Shown in pieces: positions 1 to 11,599 of a stretch of DNA of 56,165 nucleotides (its first letter is position 1; every line of letters starts with the position of its first letter). The notes below the pieces were generated by a model, which saw only the letters and a program-made list of their open reading frames with translations, had not been told where the DNA came from and searched no databases. The DNA lies in contig NC_068989.1 in the NCBI RefSeq assembly GCF_001194135.2, positions 74,822,129-74,878,293 of the forward strand, in the 5' to 3' direction. The stretch is from Octopus bimaculoides (lineage: Eukaryota). Made by a program: the position numbers and the translations under genes.

Positions 1-86
<86 letters not shown>

Positions 87-100
87 TATTATTATTATTA
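1..100. repeat. (ATT)n microsatellite
   Basis: Near-perfect attattatt array; a second array lies at about 314-351. Confidence 0.98.
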
Positions 101-313
101 GGGCGACGAGCTGGCAGAATCGTTAGCACGCTGGACGAAATGCTTAACAGTATTTCGCCCGTCGTTACGTTCTGAGTTCAAATTCCGCCTAGATCGACTT
201 TCCTTCTCATGTTTTCGGGGTCGATAAAACAAGTACCAGTAGAACACTGGGTTTGATGTAATCGGCTTACCCCCTCCCCGAGATATGCTGCCCTTGTGGC
301 GAAATTTAAAACC
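101..313 (+). mobile_element. tRNA-derived SINE, family A (octopus-type)
   Basis: ggcgacgagctggcagaatcgttagcacg...gttctgagttcaaattccgcc head with A/B-box-like motifs and an (ATT)n tail; homologous to 54828-55060, 20325-20520 and 50269-50357. Confidence 0.85.
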
Positions 314-351
314 ATTATTATTATTATTATTATTATTATTATCATTATTAT

Positions 352-1810
352 TTGGTTTTATTCGGTCTTATTCCTGGTAGTATCTATGTGGGTAACAGGT
401 TACTACCTGTAACTTTAGGTGTCCACAAGTTTTCAGTAGTCTTTCAAGTGCTTAAAACACTCCTGATAATCCTTGTTAATCCTAAGAGACAAATTTTTTG
501 TAAGAGCTCTACAGGGCATTCTATTCCAATCTCCCTCAGCCATTTGTCTACATCTTTTCTTTGCTTACTGTTCGCAACGCATTAATTAATATAGGCACGT
601 TCTTTACTATTTTCATGCTCCAAATTCTTCCCATTTAATTTTTTCTTTTGTTTTGTTTTTCGTCCTCTTACTTTACAATCCTAAAATCGCTTTTCCTTAT
701 CTATGATTGTTATATCCGGTCTATTATTTTCTAACTTCTTGTCCGTTTCAATAAGAAAGTTCCACAAAATTCGACCCCAGTACTCTTCCGATTCGAAGAT
801 TGTGCTATGTATTTCTAGCTTCAAATCCCCATTTCTTATAGTCTTCCTGTACCAACTTGGGGCTTTCTGTCACAATGTGTGCCACTGTCTCATCCCAAGT
901 TCCACGGGCTCTACATTTTTCTGCCACATTCTCTCCATATATTTTTTTTCTCAAGTTCTTTGTTTTTATTGCTTGTTCTTGGTCTGCTACAATTAAGCTC
1001 TCTGGTTCTTTTTCTTAATTGCCCTTGTTTTAAACTGCTCAGGATTTTGTTCCACATACATCATCAGTGGCTTTCCAGTATTGGCCATATAAAGGTTTCG
1101 TTTCAATCTATCTGACGTGTTCTCTTTGAATTTTATTCTTGTCCTTTTCTCTTCTTACGCGCTTGCTCACCTGTTCTTTATTCACTGTCTTTAGTAGTTT
1201 TTCTGTCTGTTCTGTAAATACTCAACTAGGCTTTTTTCTTTTCAGCTCAACACATTCTCCTACTGCAATTAAGCTTCTTCCACACTGGTCTCACCTCAAG
1301 TACAGCCGGTTGATATCAGCTTTCGGATGGTGGGCTCCATATACATTGTCAACAACTTCCTAGTTTTCCTGTCAAGTTTCTTTAAATTGTTTTTGGACCA
1401 GTCTATAATTCCAACACCACATCTGATTAAAGGTACTGCTCTTTAATTTGTTGCTTCGATAAGATTTTTTAAATTCAGTTTTGACTGCAATCATTTTCTC
1501 ATTCTCCTGGTGTACTTACTACTTGTAATTTGTTTCGTTTCTTCATTTTTTATTGCATCTGCTTCCAGTATTTCCAAGTACTTATACCACTGTCTTTTCT
1601 CAACTGCTCTCATTGTTTGCCCATTTAGCATTTTAGTTCCCTGGTTTCTTTAAAATCGTCTTCGTTTCATTTTCAAAATAACGTACTTTTCTATCCCAAA
1701 TTCCACACCTACGTCATTTGTTTCTCATTTTTCGCATAAACATTTATATCACCCATAACAATGAGATGATTTATCTGACCATCTCTTTTTCCTAAATCGT
1801 AAGCTATTTT
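352..1810 (-). mobile_element. Decayed R4/Dong-like (RLE-type) non-LTR retrotransposon, RT to C-terminus
   Basis: Minus-strand translation, broken by frameshifts: HLIVMGDINVYAKNEK (degenerate YxDD region), WYKYLEILE, HPKADINRLYLR, ETVAHIVTESPKLVQEDYK (CCHC-like) and terminal LLQKICLLGLTRIIRSVL, followed by a (TAA)n tail. Confidence 0.8.
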
Positions 1811-1964
1811 AACTTTTCGTAGTATCAATGCATGCCATCAAAATAACACTGGGATATAAATGTACGAAGCCCAATATACCCAACGTGACTACTCGTTTGA
1901 TAAGGGTACAGCAGACACATGCATCACAATCATATGTGTATGACGTGGTGATATAACAAGATAA

Positions 1965-2245
1965 ACAGCGCATGACCTTTCAGGTGGGGCCCCTGTTGGA
2001 ATTTTCTTCGAGTCGGGTAGCCCAACCCGCTCAAAAGCTCGCTGAATAAGTTTTGTTTAAAGATGGTGAACGAAATACCCATGGCTCCAGAGGTGAATTA
2101 TTCAAACCCCAAAGAATTTCTCTCAACACATGGCTATGATGCTCTTCCAGTACTTCTGCACTTGATCAGAGATGCACATATCGCCAGGCACTTAAGGACA
2201 TGCTCAACTGCTTAAGGTCAAACAACTGAGAAGCAAGTCTGTGGT
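1965..2245. repeat. Interspersed repeat, probably SINE/LINE-derived, followed by a (GTC/ATC)n microsatellite at 2254-2310
   Basis: GC-richer non-coding block resembling a common octopus repeat by recall only; the trinucleotide run is seen directly. Confidence 0.4.
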
Positions 2246-3016
2246 ATTACTGATGTCGTCGTCGTCGTCGTCATCGTCGTCGTCGTCATCGTCGTCGTCG
2301 TCATCGTCGTCTTTATCATTTTTAGCAGTTAGTTGTCACTAAGCAACAACTGTCGTAGTTGTAACGCTATTCCATATATTCTCTGCAATAATTTCTCCAT
2401 CTAAAAAAGTATTTGATATTGGTATGAAAACATTATTAGGAAATTCTGAGAGTGTACATTTTAAAATATCTTAATGCGTTTTCATTTAACTTCGTAATCC
2501 AGGTATAACGCCCTTTTTGCCTGCAATAAAAGTTTTTTTGTCTCTTCGATAATAGGAGTGGAACATAAAATAGCGTTGGGTATAATATTTTGTAAGAGAA
2601 GTACTTACCAGTACATTCGTTATAAACAGTTGCTGCCAAGCAGATTGTATAAATTTAAAGACCACAATCACAGTCGCAAGTATTTTCTATATAAAATGAC
2701 AAATGTTACGATACAAAATGCATGAATTTTATAGTTTGCATATATGTGCGCACATTCATTATACCATTTAATGTTATTTCCTTTTTCTTCTTTTTTTTTT
2801 TGCAGACACGTCCACAAAGGTTAAAATATACAAGTGCAACAATGTAATCAATAACGAGTGCCTTACGTTCAGGATTTGATATCAGTGTCTTCGTTCTAAC
2901 TTCACAAACGTTCATATTCTTTAGTTCATGCAAGAAAAAATCAAGGAACAAAAAAACTGGTGAAAATATCATTTTAAATTTTCGTTTATATTGGGCCTGT
3001 ATTAATACATTATAAA

Positions 3017-5008
3017 ATGGGAAATTTTCTTCCATTTTTCATAGTCATATTTTCGCTTCCATATTTGGTATCTCAAACGAAAGTTTACAATAAACGATCG
3101 CGTTGGAGATGTCCCCCAGCTTTATGCGTTGAAAATACCAGTAAAAACATTTATCGTTGTTCGTGTCGTCCGGACTGCTACCTCTACAGTGAATGCTGTT
3201 CTAATAGGATTAATAAGACCGCTTCTGACCACAAACAACCCTATCCTTCAATATATTACAGTTGTAGAAAGGTTGATCTCTCTTATTATTATCAATTTGA
3301 CCGTTGTCCACCTAACCATGATGTTACAGAGTATGTAAACAACTGTGAAAACCCTGACTCAGATGATCAAATGCAGTCCATTCCTGCTTTTGGTAAAACA
3401 AGTAAAAAACTCTACAGGAACTTATATTGCGCTCTCTGTCATGGAGAAGAATTCATTCTTTGGAATCTTTTATATAAATGCTCTTTCATCTCTAACATGA
3501 GCTTCGAAAATATATCCAGTTATGTCAAAGAGGGAAAATGTAGGCCAACTGTGGAGCTTCCTTCAGAAGATTTGAAGAAATATTTGTATTCCTGTGTTTC
3601 ATACATTTCGGATTGTCCTCAGGATAACCTTAATAGAAAACAAAGATTTAAATGTGAGTCTAAACCCATGGCATTAGTAACAGATCGAGTTAATATATTC
3701 AGGAACGTTTATTGTGCTACTTGCAATGGGATAAAAAAAGACAAAATCAAAAATCATTGCAAGCATGTACCAGAACGAAGGGTTAAATCACGGAAAATGT
3801 CTTTAACTATACTTTTTAACTACCATAGCAGTTCACTGGTAGTGACAGACAACCAGCTTAAGGAAGTTTCTGTTGTGCAGTTACCCTCCTGTCTGACACA
3901 TGCTCTGTATGATATGAATACCAATCAATGTCGACAAGTTATCTACCATCCTCAACTAAATTGTACGACAACCACATTAAATGAATCTGAGTATTACATC
4001 ACAAGTGATGGTCGTCTCTACTTAAATAATACCCAACGTTTACTGAACCAATCAGAATACACTCGTGATTCTCAAGGTATAATAAGTATCTGTGTAAAGA
4101 ATAATACCACTTTCATGCCAAAGTATTCTACTGCTGAACATTATATCACATATGTGGGATTAATTATCTCTATTCCGGCTTTAGCAATCACTATCATAGC
4201 CTACCTTTGTATACCTGATCTTCGTACCTTACCAGGTAAATTACTCATTAGTCTTTTATCAGCATTGCTTGTAGCTGAGCTACTCTTTCTTATTTCATTT
4301 CAAATAACACCATCTACAGTGCTGTGTATATCTTCAGCAGTTGTCATGCATTATTCCTTTCTTGCGACTTTCTTCTGGATGAATATCATATCATGTGATA
4401 CCTGGTACACTTTCTCAGGACTTACACAAATTCGAAATATAGGGAAAGGTACTAAGAGACTTGTCTTGTATTCCTTGTACGCTTGGGTCTGTCCACTTGT
4501 ATTAGTAACAGTATCACTGATATTTGAGTACATACCAAGAAGACATGAACTTTCTCCAGGATATGGAAATGGTACTTGCTGGATTACAAACAGAAAAAGT
4601 CTGCAGTGGCTCTTTGCAATACCCGTACTAATTATATTATGCCTTAATTTCATTGCATTTATCCTCACTGCTAGAGGAATCTATTTGACTGGTAAACTTT
4701 CTTCGAAATATTTGTCAAAACATAATAAAGACGAATTCATTGCTTGCATAAAACTATTCTTTATCATGGGACTTACATGGATATCTGCGTTTCTATATAC
4801 GTTTACAAGTATTGAAGAATTTTCTCTGTTATTTTGTATTTTGAACTCATTCGTTGGATTATTTATCTGTATATCATTTCTATCAACAAAGACTGTTCGT
4901 CGCAGTATTCTTCGGAATTTGCATAAAATTACAAAATTCTCCACAAAAGAGCCTATTGTTTCTTCCACTGAACAATCAATGGATATATCAACAAAAGCGT
5001 CTGATTAA
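3017..5008 (+). CDS. Class B-type (Methuselah-like/SMB-domain) 7TM GPCR, copy 1, 663 aa, single coding exon
   Basis: Signal peptide, CSCRPDCYLYSECC (somatomedin-B-like), two RNxYCAxC motifs, then 7 hydrophobic helices with LRTLPGK (ICL1), HYSFLATFFWM (TM3), YAW (TM4), GTCWI (ECL2) and KLFFIMGLTW (TM6). Most divergent copy. Confidence 0.95.
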   Translation: MGNFLPFFIVIFSLPYLVSQTKVYNKRSRWRCPPALCVENTSKNIYRCSCRPDCYLYSECCSNRINKTASDHKQPYPSIYYSCRKVDLSYYYQFDRCPPNHDVTEYVNNCENPDSDDQMQSIPAFGKTSKKLYRNLYCALCHGEEFILWNLLYKCSFISNMSFENISSYVKEGKCRPTVELPSEDLKKYLYSCVSYISDCPQDNLNRKQRFKCESKPMALVTDRVNIFRNVYCATCNGIKKDKIKNHCKHVPERRVKSRKMSLTILFNYHSSSLVVTDNQLKEVSVVQLPSCLTHALYDMNTNQCRQVIYHPQLNCTTTTLNESEYYITSDGRLYLNNTQRLLNQSEYTRDSQGIISICVKNNTTFMPKYSTAEHYITYVGLIISIPALAITIIAYLCIPDLRTLPGKLLISLLSALLVAELLFLISFQITPSTVLCISSAVVMHYSFLATFFWMNIISCDTWYTFSGLTQIRNIGKGTKRLVLYSLYAWVCPLVLVTVSLIFEYIPRRHELSPGYGNGTCWITNRKSLQWLFAIPVLIILCLNFIAFILTARGIYLTGKLSSKYLSKHNKDEFIACIKLFFIMGLTWISAFLYTFTSIEEFSLLFCILNSFVGLFICISFLSTKTVRRSILRNLHKITKFSTKEPIVSSTEQSMDISTKASD

Positions 5009-5666
5009 TTATGTCCTCCGACAAGTTTTCTACGGAGCGAAGTCATTATTAATGAAGTCAACGTGATGTTGGCTTCTATTCTCTATATAATCGCTTTTAA
5101 CTTCTACATAATCGCTTGTCCTGATAGAATAGCAGACTGACAATTTTCATTCAATGTTCTGTTACCCTGGAAGATGAAACGTAATCTAAAATATACTATG
5201 TAACGTATATAACGTAATCTAAAATATACTATGTTTGAATGTGAGACCGGTTGATTTCTATCGGAATGTCTTTGATCGTAGATTTCGATCTCGGCGATCT
5301 GTGAGCGGTTTAACAACAGTCAACCAATACCAATAATTGTTAGCACGAAGTGGGTTTGGTGATTTTTCTTTTACTCTTACATGTATGCCAAACCTATCTT
5401 AAATCTGCAACGAGCGAGTGTATATTTCTTACAAGAACCAGTCAAATACTTTTGTTCATATATTTAAGTTTTGATGTCCATGTTAATCCTCCAGAGATCA
5501 CACATCTTCCTGTAAAACCTTGTTGCTCGTCAGTTTTTGTCATGCGAAACATATCAAGAGACGTTCATTAATTAATAATTGACCCCACATTAATTAAAAC
5601 AAGCCTTTTAATTACATATCTAATTACCTATTTAATTACATATTTATCAATATGGATATATCTATC

Positions 5667-5801
<135 letters not shown>

Positions 5802-5934
5802 TATACACATATGTAAATATATATATAAAATGTCTGACAAATCTTCACTCTCTCACTAATAAACTGGATTTGGAGAATCCCGTAAATCTTTATATACAGA
5901 GCCTAATGTACATATGATGATAGGTAGAAATGAA

Positions 5935-7060
5935 ATTTTATAGTTAATGTACGAGAGCTGTTAGTCTTGCATTAATCTTTTTCCTGAACTTTTGATGGTA
6001 CATTTATATCTGCTGAATAGCTGACCTCTACAACTGTTCATGGCTTCTCTTCCTGTCCCACAGAACAATATCAGGTAAATTGTGTTTGCTCCGGATTGCT
6101 GCTTTTATTGCAATATTCTTCGTTTGAGAAGGAGTGAGTGCATTGTGGTTCTAACATGCCTTTGATGTATCCGCCAGAACAATCCTTCCTGTGTATAGCA
6201 CTGTAGATAGTTTTTGCAACTATATTATGTCTTATGAGCAGCTAGTATCACGCAGACATTTTGGCGTAGTTGCTGGTAATGCAGGTGATATCTTCCATAC
6301 TGGTATAGCACCACTGGCATTTTCTATCACATGGAAGTTTGATGGATCTTTTTCCCGTTTGTTTATCAGATAATTTGTAGTTATTTCCGCTTCATGGACA
6401 GCGCTGCCATATCCTTCTAAATGAATGGTAAGGTGTTTTCACAGGTCCAGGAAGGTATCTTCACAGGCCCAGGAAGGTATCTTCACAGATCGATGCTGTT
6501 GTTAACTTCTAGCTCACGCGGTATGTCCCCTTGCATTACATTTTCTTTTTGAGAATGCATGTAATGTACTCATTTCTGTTCAGCAGGTGTTGTCTGAGCG
6601 ATACAATGCGACATTCAAAGGCCGTTTGAACTGGCCTTATACCTCTACCACCATCTCTTCCTCTTCCATTGACCTATCGGTGTGACCGTTAATGTGGATA
6701 TTACCAGTGATGGTTAGTATTTTTCTATTTTTAATCTGCGGACCCCGTGAAGCGTCCAGTGCAACATCTCAAATGATGGTGCTAGCACTGAAAGAACAAA
6801 AGCATTGTGCATTGTAAAACATTATCTTGCTAACTGCAGACAACTCTGACTTCCATATTTTCTGGAGTCCGCAGACTTTTGCTATGCAGGCTTTAATGCA
6901 GAGTGATCCTTCTCTTCATATTAATTGCTTTTGTCAGTTGTACCCATAATGTTACTATATAAGTACGATGTCTTATACCGACTGATATTTTCCTTGCTTC
7001 TTTTATTTGTTCTTATATTTCCTTCGTTTATATTAAAATTGATTTAATATATCGTGTCGT
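5935..7060 (-). mobile_element. Second decayed R4/Dong-like RLE-type LINE fragment
   Basis: Minus-strand peptides LQKIWKSELSA, NAFVLSVLAPSFEMLHWT, RDGGRGIRPVQTAFECRIVSLRQHLL, RHNIVAKTIY, KHNLPDIVLWD and VEVSYSADIN (PD..D/E restriction-like endonuclease). Confidence 0.75.
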
Positions 7061-7499
7061 CAGGTAAATTCTTTCGTTTCTTCTTTTTTATTTTATTTTA
7101 ATCCTTATTTTTCATCAACGTTTTTAACAATATATCCTCTTTCTTTGTTTACGATCTCTAGCCAACGTGCAACTAGCTTATTAATAGCCTTAACAGTAGA
7201 AATCACCGGGTCTTGATTCGAAGAATTCATCGAGCCACGTTTTCAGTTCCCTATCGCCTCGCGAACTGTTAGAAAGCGATTGAGGTAGATGATAATGTGA
7301 GGGCGTTGTGTTAGGTGAATGCGGTAGATGCGATAGTATTTCTCAACCGAGCTCTGGTAAAGCATTTGTCAAATTAATTACCTAGTGGAAAGGAACGTTG
7401 ACATGTTGAAGAAGCACACCGTGTCACCAGTCGGGTCGATTCAAATAGACGATATCGTAAAGAAATTTTTGCTTTTGTCCACGAGCTGTCTGACCATCG

Positions 7500-7975
7500 A
7501 GCAAACTGGCGGCGAAAGAAGAGTACTGGAGCTTGTCGCTTTCGTTTAGAGAGTGTGGTACACATGCACCAAGATTTTAGATCTTACACATCGATTGAAA
7601 GCCACGGGCAAAGTATCATGAAAGCACCTTATCTGCTATTCCAATTCCCTAGAGGATTGGTGCTGGTCTTTGTGCGTGAGCCCATTCAATCGATCTTCAT
7701 TGAACTGAACGGGTTGATCGGATCGCAGAGAGTCTGTGAAGTCGAAGCGGGAAAACAGTTTTTGTGCAGCTCTTTCAGTAAAGATTCCTTCTCCGAACAC
7801 CGTACAAATGTTCCAAGACGCTTTAGCAGTTTTGGAACCTGAGTTAAAAGCTAAGAGAAGCAGGTATCGAAAATGCTCATATCTTTCTAATTGGCACTGC
7901 ATTGTCTTATCCATGTTCTTACCACACAGCCATAAAATATTTAACGAAATATGAAAACATAATTCTAAGCGATGG
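7500..7975 (-). mobile_element. Mariner transposase 5' relic (HTH to WVPH region)
   Basis: EHFRYLLLLAFNSGSKTAKASWNICTVFGEGIFTERAAQKLFSRF, plus KNLGACVPHSL (degenerate WVPHEL) in another frame. Confidence 0.85.
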
Positions 7976-8152
7976 TTAAGAGTGTGGTTTCGCTCACTGG
8001 CGAAGACTTAAGATTAAAATAAACAGGAGGTAAAGAAAAAATAAAACGAAATGGAAATGACGAAATATTAGTCTTCAGATGTAAAATTGACTAAGAAAAA
8101 GTGAAACCATGCGAAACGAGAGCCGTGTAAAAAGAGGAATGACCATATATAT

Positions 8153-8219
<67 letters not shown>

Positions 8220-8757
8220 NNNNNNNNNNNNNNNNNNNNNNNNNNNNNNNNNNNNNNNNNNNNNNNNNNNNNNNNNNNNNNNNNNNNNNNNNNNNNNNNN
8301 NNNNNNNNNNNNNNNNNNNNNNNNNNNNNNNNNNNNNNNNNNNNNNNNNNNNNNNNNNNNNNNNNNNNNNNNNNNNNNNNNNNNNNNNNNNNNNNNNNNN
8401 NNNNNNNNNNNNNNNNNNNNNNNNNNNNNNNNNNNNNNNNNNNNNNNNNNNNNNNNNNNNNNNNNNNNNNNNNNNNNNNNNNNNNNNNNNNNNNNNNNNN
8501 NNNNNNNNNNNNNNNNNNNNNNNNNNNNNNNNNNNNNNNNNNNNNNNNNNNNNNNNNNNNNNNNNNNNNNNNNNNNNNNNNNNNNNNNNNNNNNNNNNNN
8601 NNNNNNNNNNNNNNNNNNNNNNNNNNNNNNNNNNNNNNNNNNNNNNNNNNNNNNNNNNNNNNNNNNNNNNNNNNNNNNNNNNNNNNNNNNNNNNNNNTAT
8701 ATATATATATAAAGAGAGAGAGAGAGAGCGTGAGTAAGCAAGTGAAAGAGAGGGAGA

Positions 8758-8905
8758 GACGCAGGTATGTCCATGTGGTAAGAATTTGCTTCTCAACCAA
8801 ATAGTCACATGGCACCTTCGGCAGGTGTCTTCTGCTATAGCATCGGGCCGACAAAAACCCTGTGATTGGATTTGGTTAACAGAAACTGAAACTGAAAGAA
8901 GCCCG

Positions 8906-8948
<43 letters not shown>
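8758..8948 (+). mobile_element. tRNA-derived SINE family B, 5' half with (TA)n
   Basis: Homologous to 48541-48720 (tgtggtaag...cttgggcaag-like core...gaaactgaaagaagcccgtc). Confidence 0.75.
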
Positions 8949-8952
<4 letters not shown>

Positions 8953-9429
8953 CCTAAGTCACCCCAACGTCATAAGTAGCATGGAAATACAACCAGAGCT
9001 CCCACATTCGCACTCGAGAAAAGCACAGAGGGGCTTGTATATAGTTTGTAGAGAAAACGGTAATCGAGTCTACATGAAGAACTATCAAACAAGGCAAAGA
9101 AGTACTGATGTCAGGATATTAAGGTTTTCTTTAAAATTATTCCTGTTTTATGAGTATGTTAAAATATTTGTATCAATAGCTGGAAGGTATATGAATTTAA
9201 ATTTTCATGTAGCCAATTTTTTTGTATTAGACAACTAAACTGTAAATTTTGTTAATGTTTACTCAGCATGCTTGTATGAAGCAGTTTGTGTGAATTTAAA
9301 GCAAGCTAGATTATTTGTTTGACTATTTATTTTTTAACTATAATTATTGATGTAGCCTGGCAGCCGTTTTGTGTCATGAACTTTTAGTTTAAATGGTTGC
9401 TTTGACATTAAATTTATTTATGTTTAGGT

Positions 9430-9672
9430 TCAAATTTCAGAATCCAAATTTCGAAAACAAAATTTATGAAACAAAATTTCGGAATCCAGATTTATGAAAC
9501 CATATTTTTGAAACCAAATTTATGAAACCAAATTTGTGAAACCAACTTTATGAAACCAAATTTATGAATCCAAATTTATGGATCCAATGAAACCAAATTA
9601 CGAATCCAAATTTTTGAAATCAAGTTTATGAAACCAAATTTATGAAACCAAATTTCTGAATCCAAATTTCTA
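9430..9672 (+). repeat. About 14-bp unit minisatellite (consensus GAAACCAAATTTAT)
   Basis: Roughly 17 degenerate head-to-tail units with no unique spacers. Confidence 0.9.
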
Positions 9673-11159
9673 AACTGTATATATTTTAACTTTTGTAAAT
9701 ATTTTGACTGCACGTCTAGTGTAGCATTAATTTATTTATTCCTTATATATTTGTTTTGTATGTAGGTTGTTTGTGTATGCTGACTCTTAATTGTTAATAA
9801 TATTTAAAAAAAACTTCATGGTGTGTTGTTGTTTTGGGTTTACCCCATTATTGTTGGTTATGGCCACCAGGTCTTAACACTGAAGAAAGAAAATAATAAT
9901 AACAATAAATGGAAAAAATAAAACAAGATCTTTCAAAGACTTCCAGAGCGAAATCCCAAACACGTAAGAGATTTTTTTCTTTGTCATTCAATCTATTTCT
10001 CTTTTCATCTCTCCTTCACAGTTAAAAGTAAAGAAAACAGAAAATATCTTGTGTATAATGTTACTTTTAATTTTAAATGACTCAGAGGCTTTCATTGCTC
10101 TGCCCCTATCTCTTCCTCCTCTTCTCCACTTCTAAGAGAGTAAAGAAAAAAAAGAAGAAAAGAAAACCACTTATATATAATTTCTAAATGTCTTAAGTGA
10201 ACATAGACCAACTAGTTTCATGATCCCAAGTTTCGTTGCATTGCTAAGCTCCAATAAGCCAAATAAAGTTATATGCAGATAGTAGGACATCCAAAATGAG
10301 AAACAAAATTAATTATATGGAAATATTATTTCATCTCTCACTCATAAGAAAAACACCTCACATAATAATAATAAAGTAAAAAAAAAGAGATTATAAGCCT
10401 TGAGCTGTTCTCTCCTATGAAGACAAATTTCTCCCTCCCTTCTATTTTGTACCAAACTCTCATTCTCTCCGTCTCTTACTCTGGATGCACCGTTGGTGGC
10501 AGTAACAATTTTCCTGTGTTTGCGTTAAATTTCCTATGTGTGCGTTAAACGATGATCGAATTCTGAATGCTACACGCAAAACTGATGGTAAGGTGACATG
10601 GGAAGATGATGAAATATATTGGAAATTGAGCCTAAGTCATCCTGACATGATAAGTAGAATGGAAATACGACTAGATCACCCACATTCGCACCTGAGAAAA
10701 ACACAGAGGGATTTGTATGTAGATTGTAGAGAAAACGGTAATCTAGTCTACAGGAAGAACTATCAAACAAGGCGAATAAGTACTGGAGAAAAAAATAATA
10801 GTGATAAATGCGAGAAATAAAACGAGGTCCTTCAAAGACTCCCAAATGAAATCCTGAATACGTAAGAGATTTTCTCTCTTTCTGTCACTCAATCACTCTC
10901 CCTATTCGTCTCCCTATTCGTCTCTCCTCCACTCTTAAAAGTAAAGAAAAGAGAAAATGTATAATGTTAATTTTAAATTACTCAGAGGCTCTCAATTCCC
11001 CGCCGCTATCTCTTCCTCCTTTTCTCCACTGCTAAGACAGTAAGAAAAAAAGGGTCATCCCATATATATAGTCATCCCATAAATAGTAGGTTTTTTTTAA
11101 TACTTTTATTTTTCAAACTTAAGATAAAAAAAGTTTGTTTTTTTTTAATCTAAAATATA

Positions 11160-11590
11160 CTCACCTTCATTTTCTACAACGCTCTTCCATCTATCTGGTA
11201 GACTTGCGATGTCCCTCTTCCAAAATTCACTTGTCCGTGATGAAAAATATTCCTCCAGGATTGTCAGGAATTCGTATATTTTTCGTTCAAATGATTTTGA
11301 ATACTGCGGAATAAATGATAATCAGATGGAGCAATGTCCGGTGAATATGGTAGGTGGGGCATCGTTTCCCATTCAAACTGTTCCAGCCTTTCCAATGTCA
11401 TCCTCGCTGTATGTGGCCGATCATTATCCTGATGGAAGAATACCTTTCGTCTTGAACTCAATGATGGTCGTTTTTCTTCTAGCGCTGACTTAAGCCGCTC
11501 AAGCTGGTCGCAGTAGGTCTCCATTGTTATCGTTTGGCTAAACCTTTCATATCCCACCAAACAGATAACAATACCTTACGTGGATGAAGA
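11160..11590 (-). mobile_element. Mariner transposase 3' relic (DDD domain)
   Basis: FFHQDNDRPH...YSPDIAPSDYHLFRS in ORF 11264-11560. Confidence 0.93.
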
Positions 11591-11599
11591 CCATCTTTA

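Noticed and set aside
3129-5066. Short alternative-frame and antisense ORFs recurring inside each GPCR copy (e.g. 4351-4668, 4681-4968, 33375-33620, 41862-42107, 51445-51900)
   Set aside because: Shadow frames of the paralogous CDS; recurrence follows from paralogy, and their boundaries are not conserved.
8068-8854. Long ORFs spanning N-runs (also 14736-15806, 17887-18507, 27613-28578, 35016-35780, 42198-42923, 45520-46522, 49742-50382)
   Set aside because: They are open only because of assembly gaps and flanking (TG)n/(TA)n repeats; they carry no coding evidence.
9430-9672. Regular short repeats considered as a CRISPR-like array
   Set aside because: Units are head-to-tail with no unique spacers, the context is eukaryotic, and there are no cas genes.
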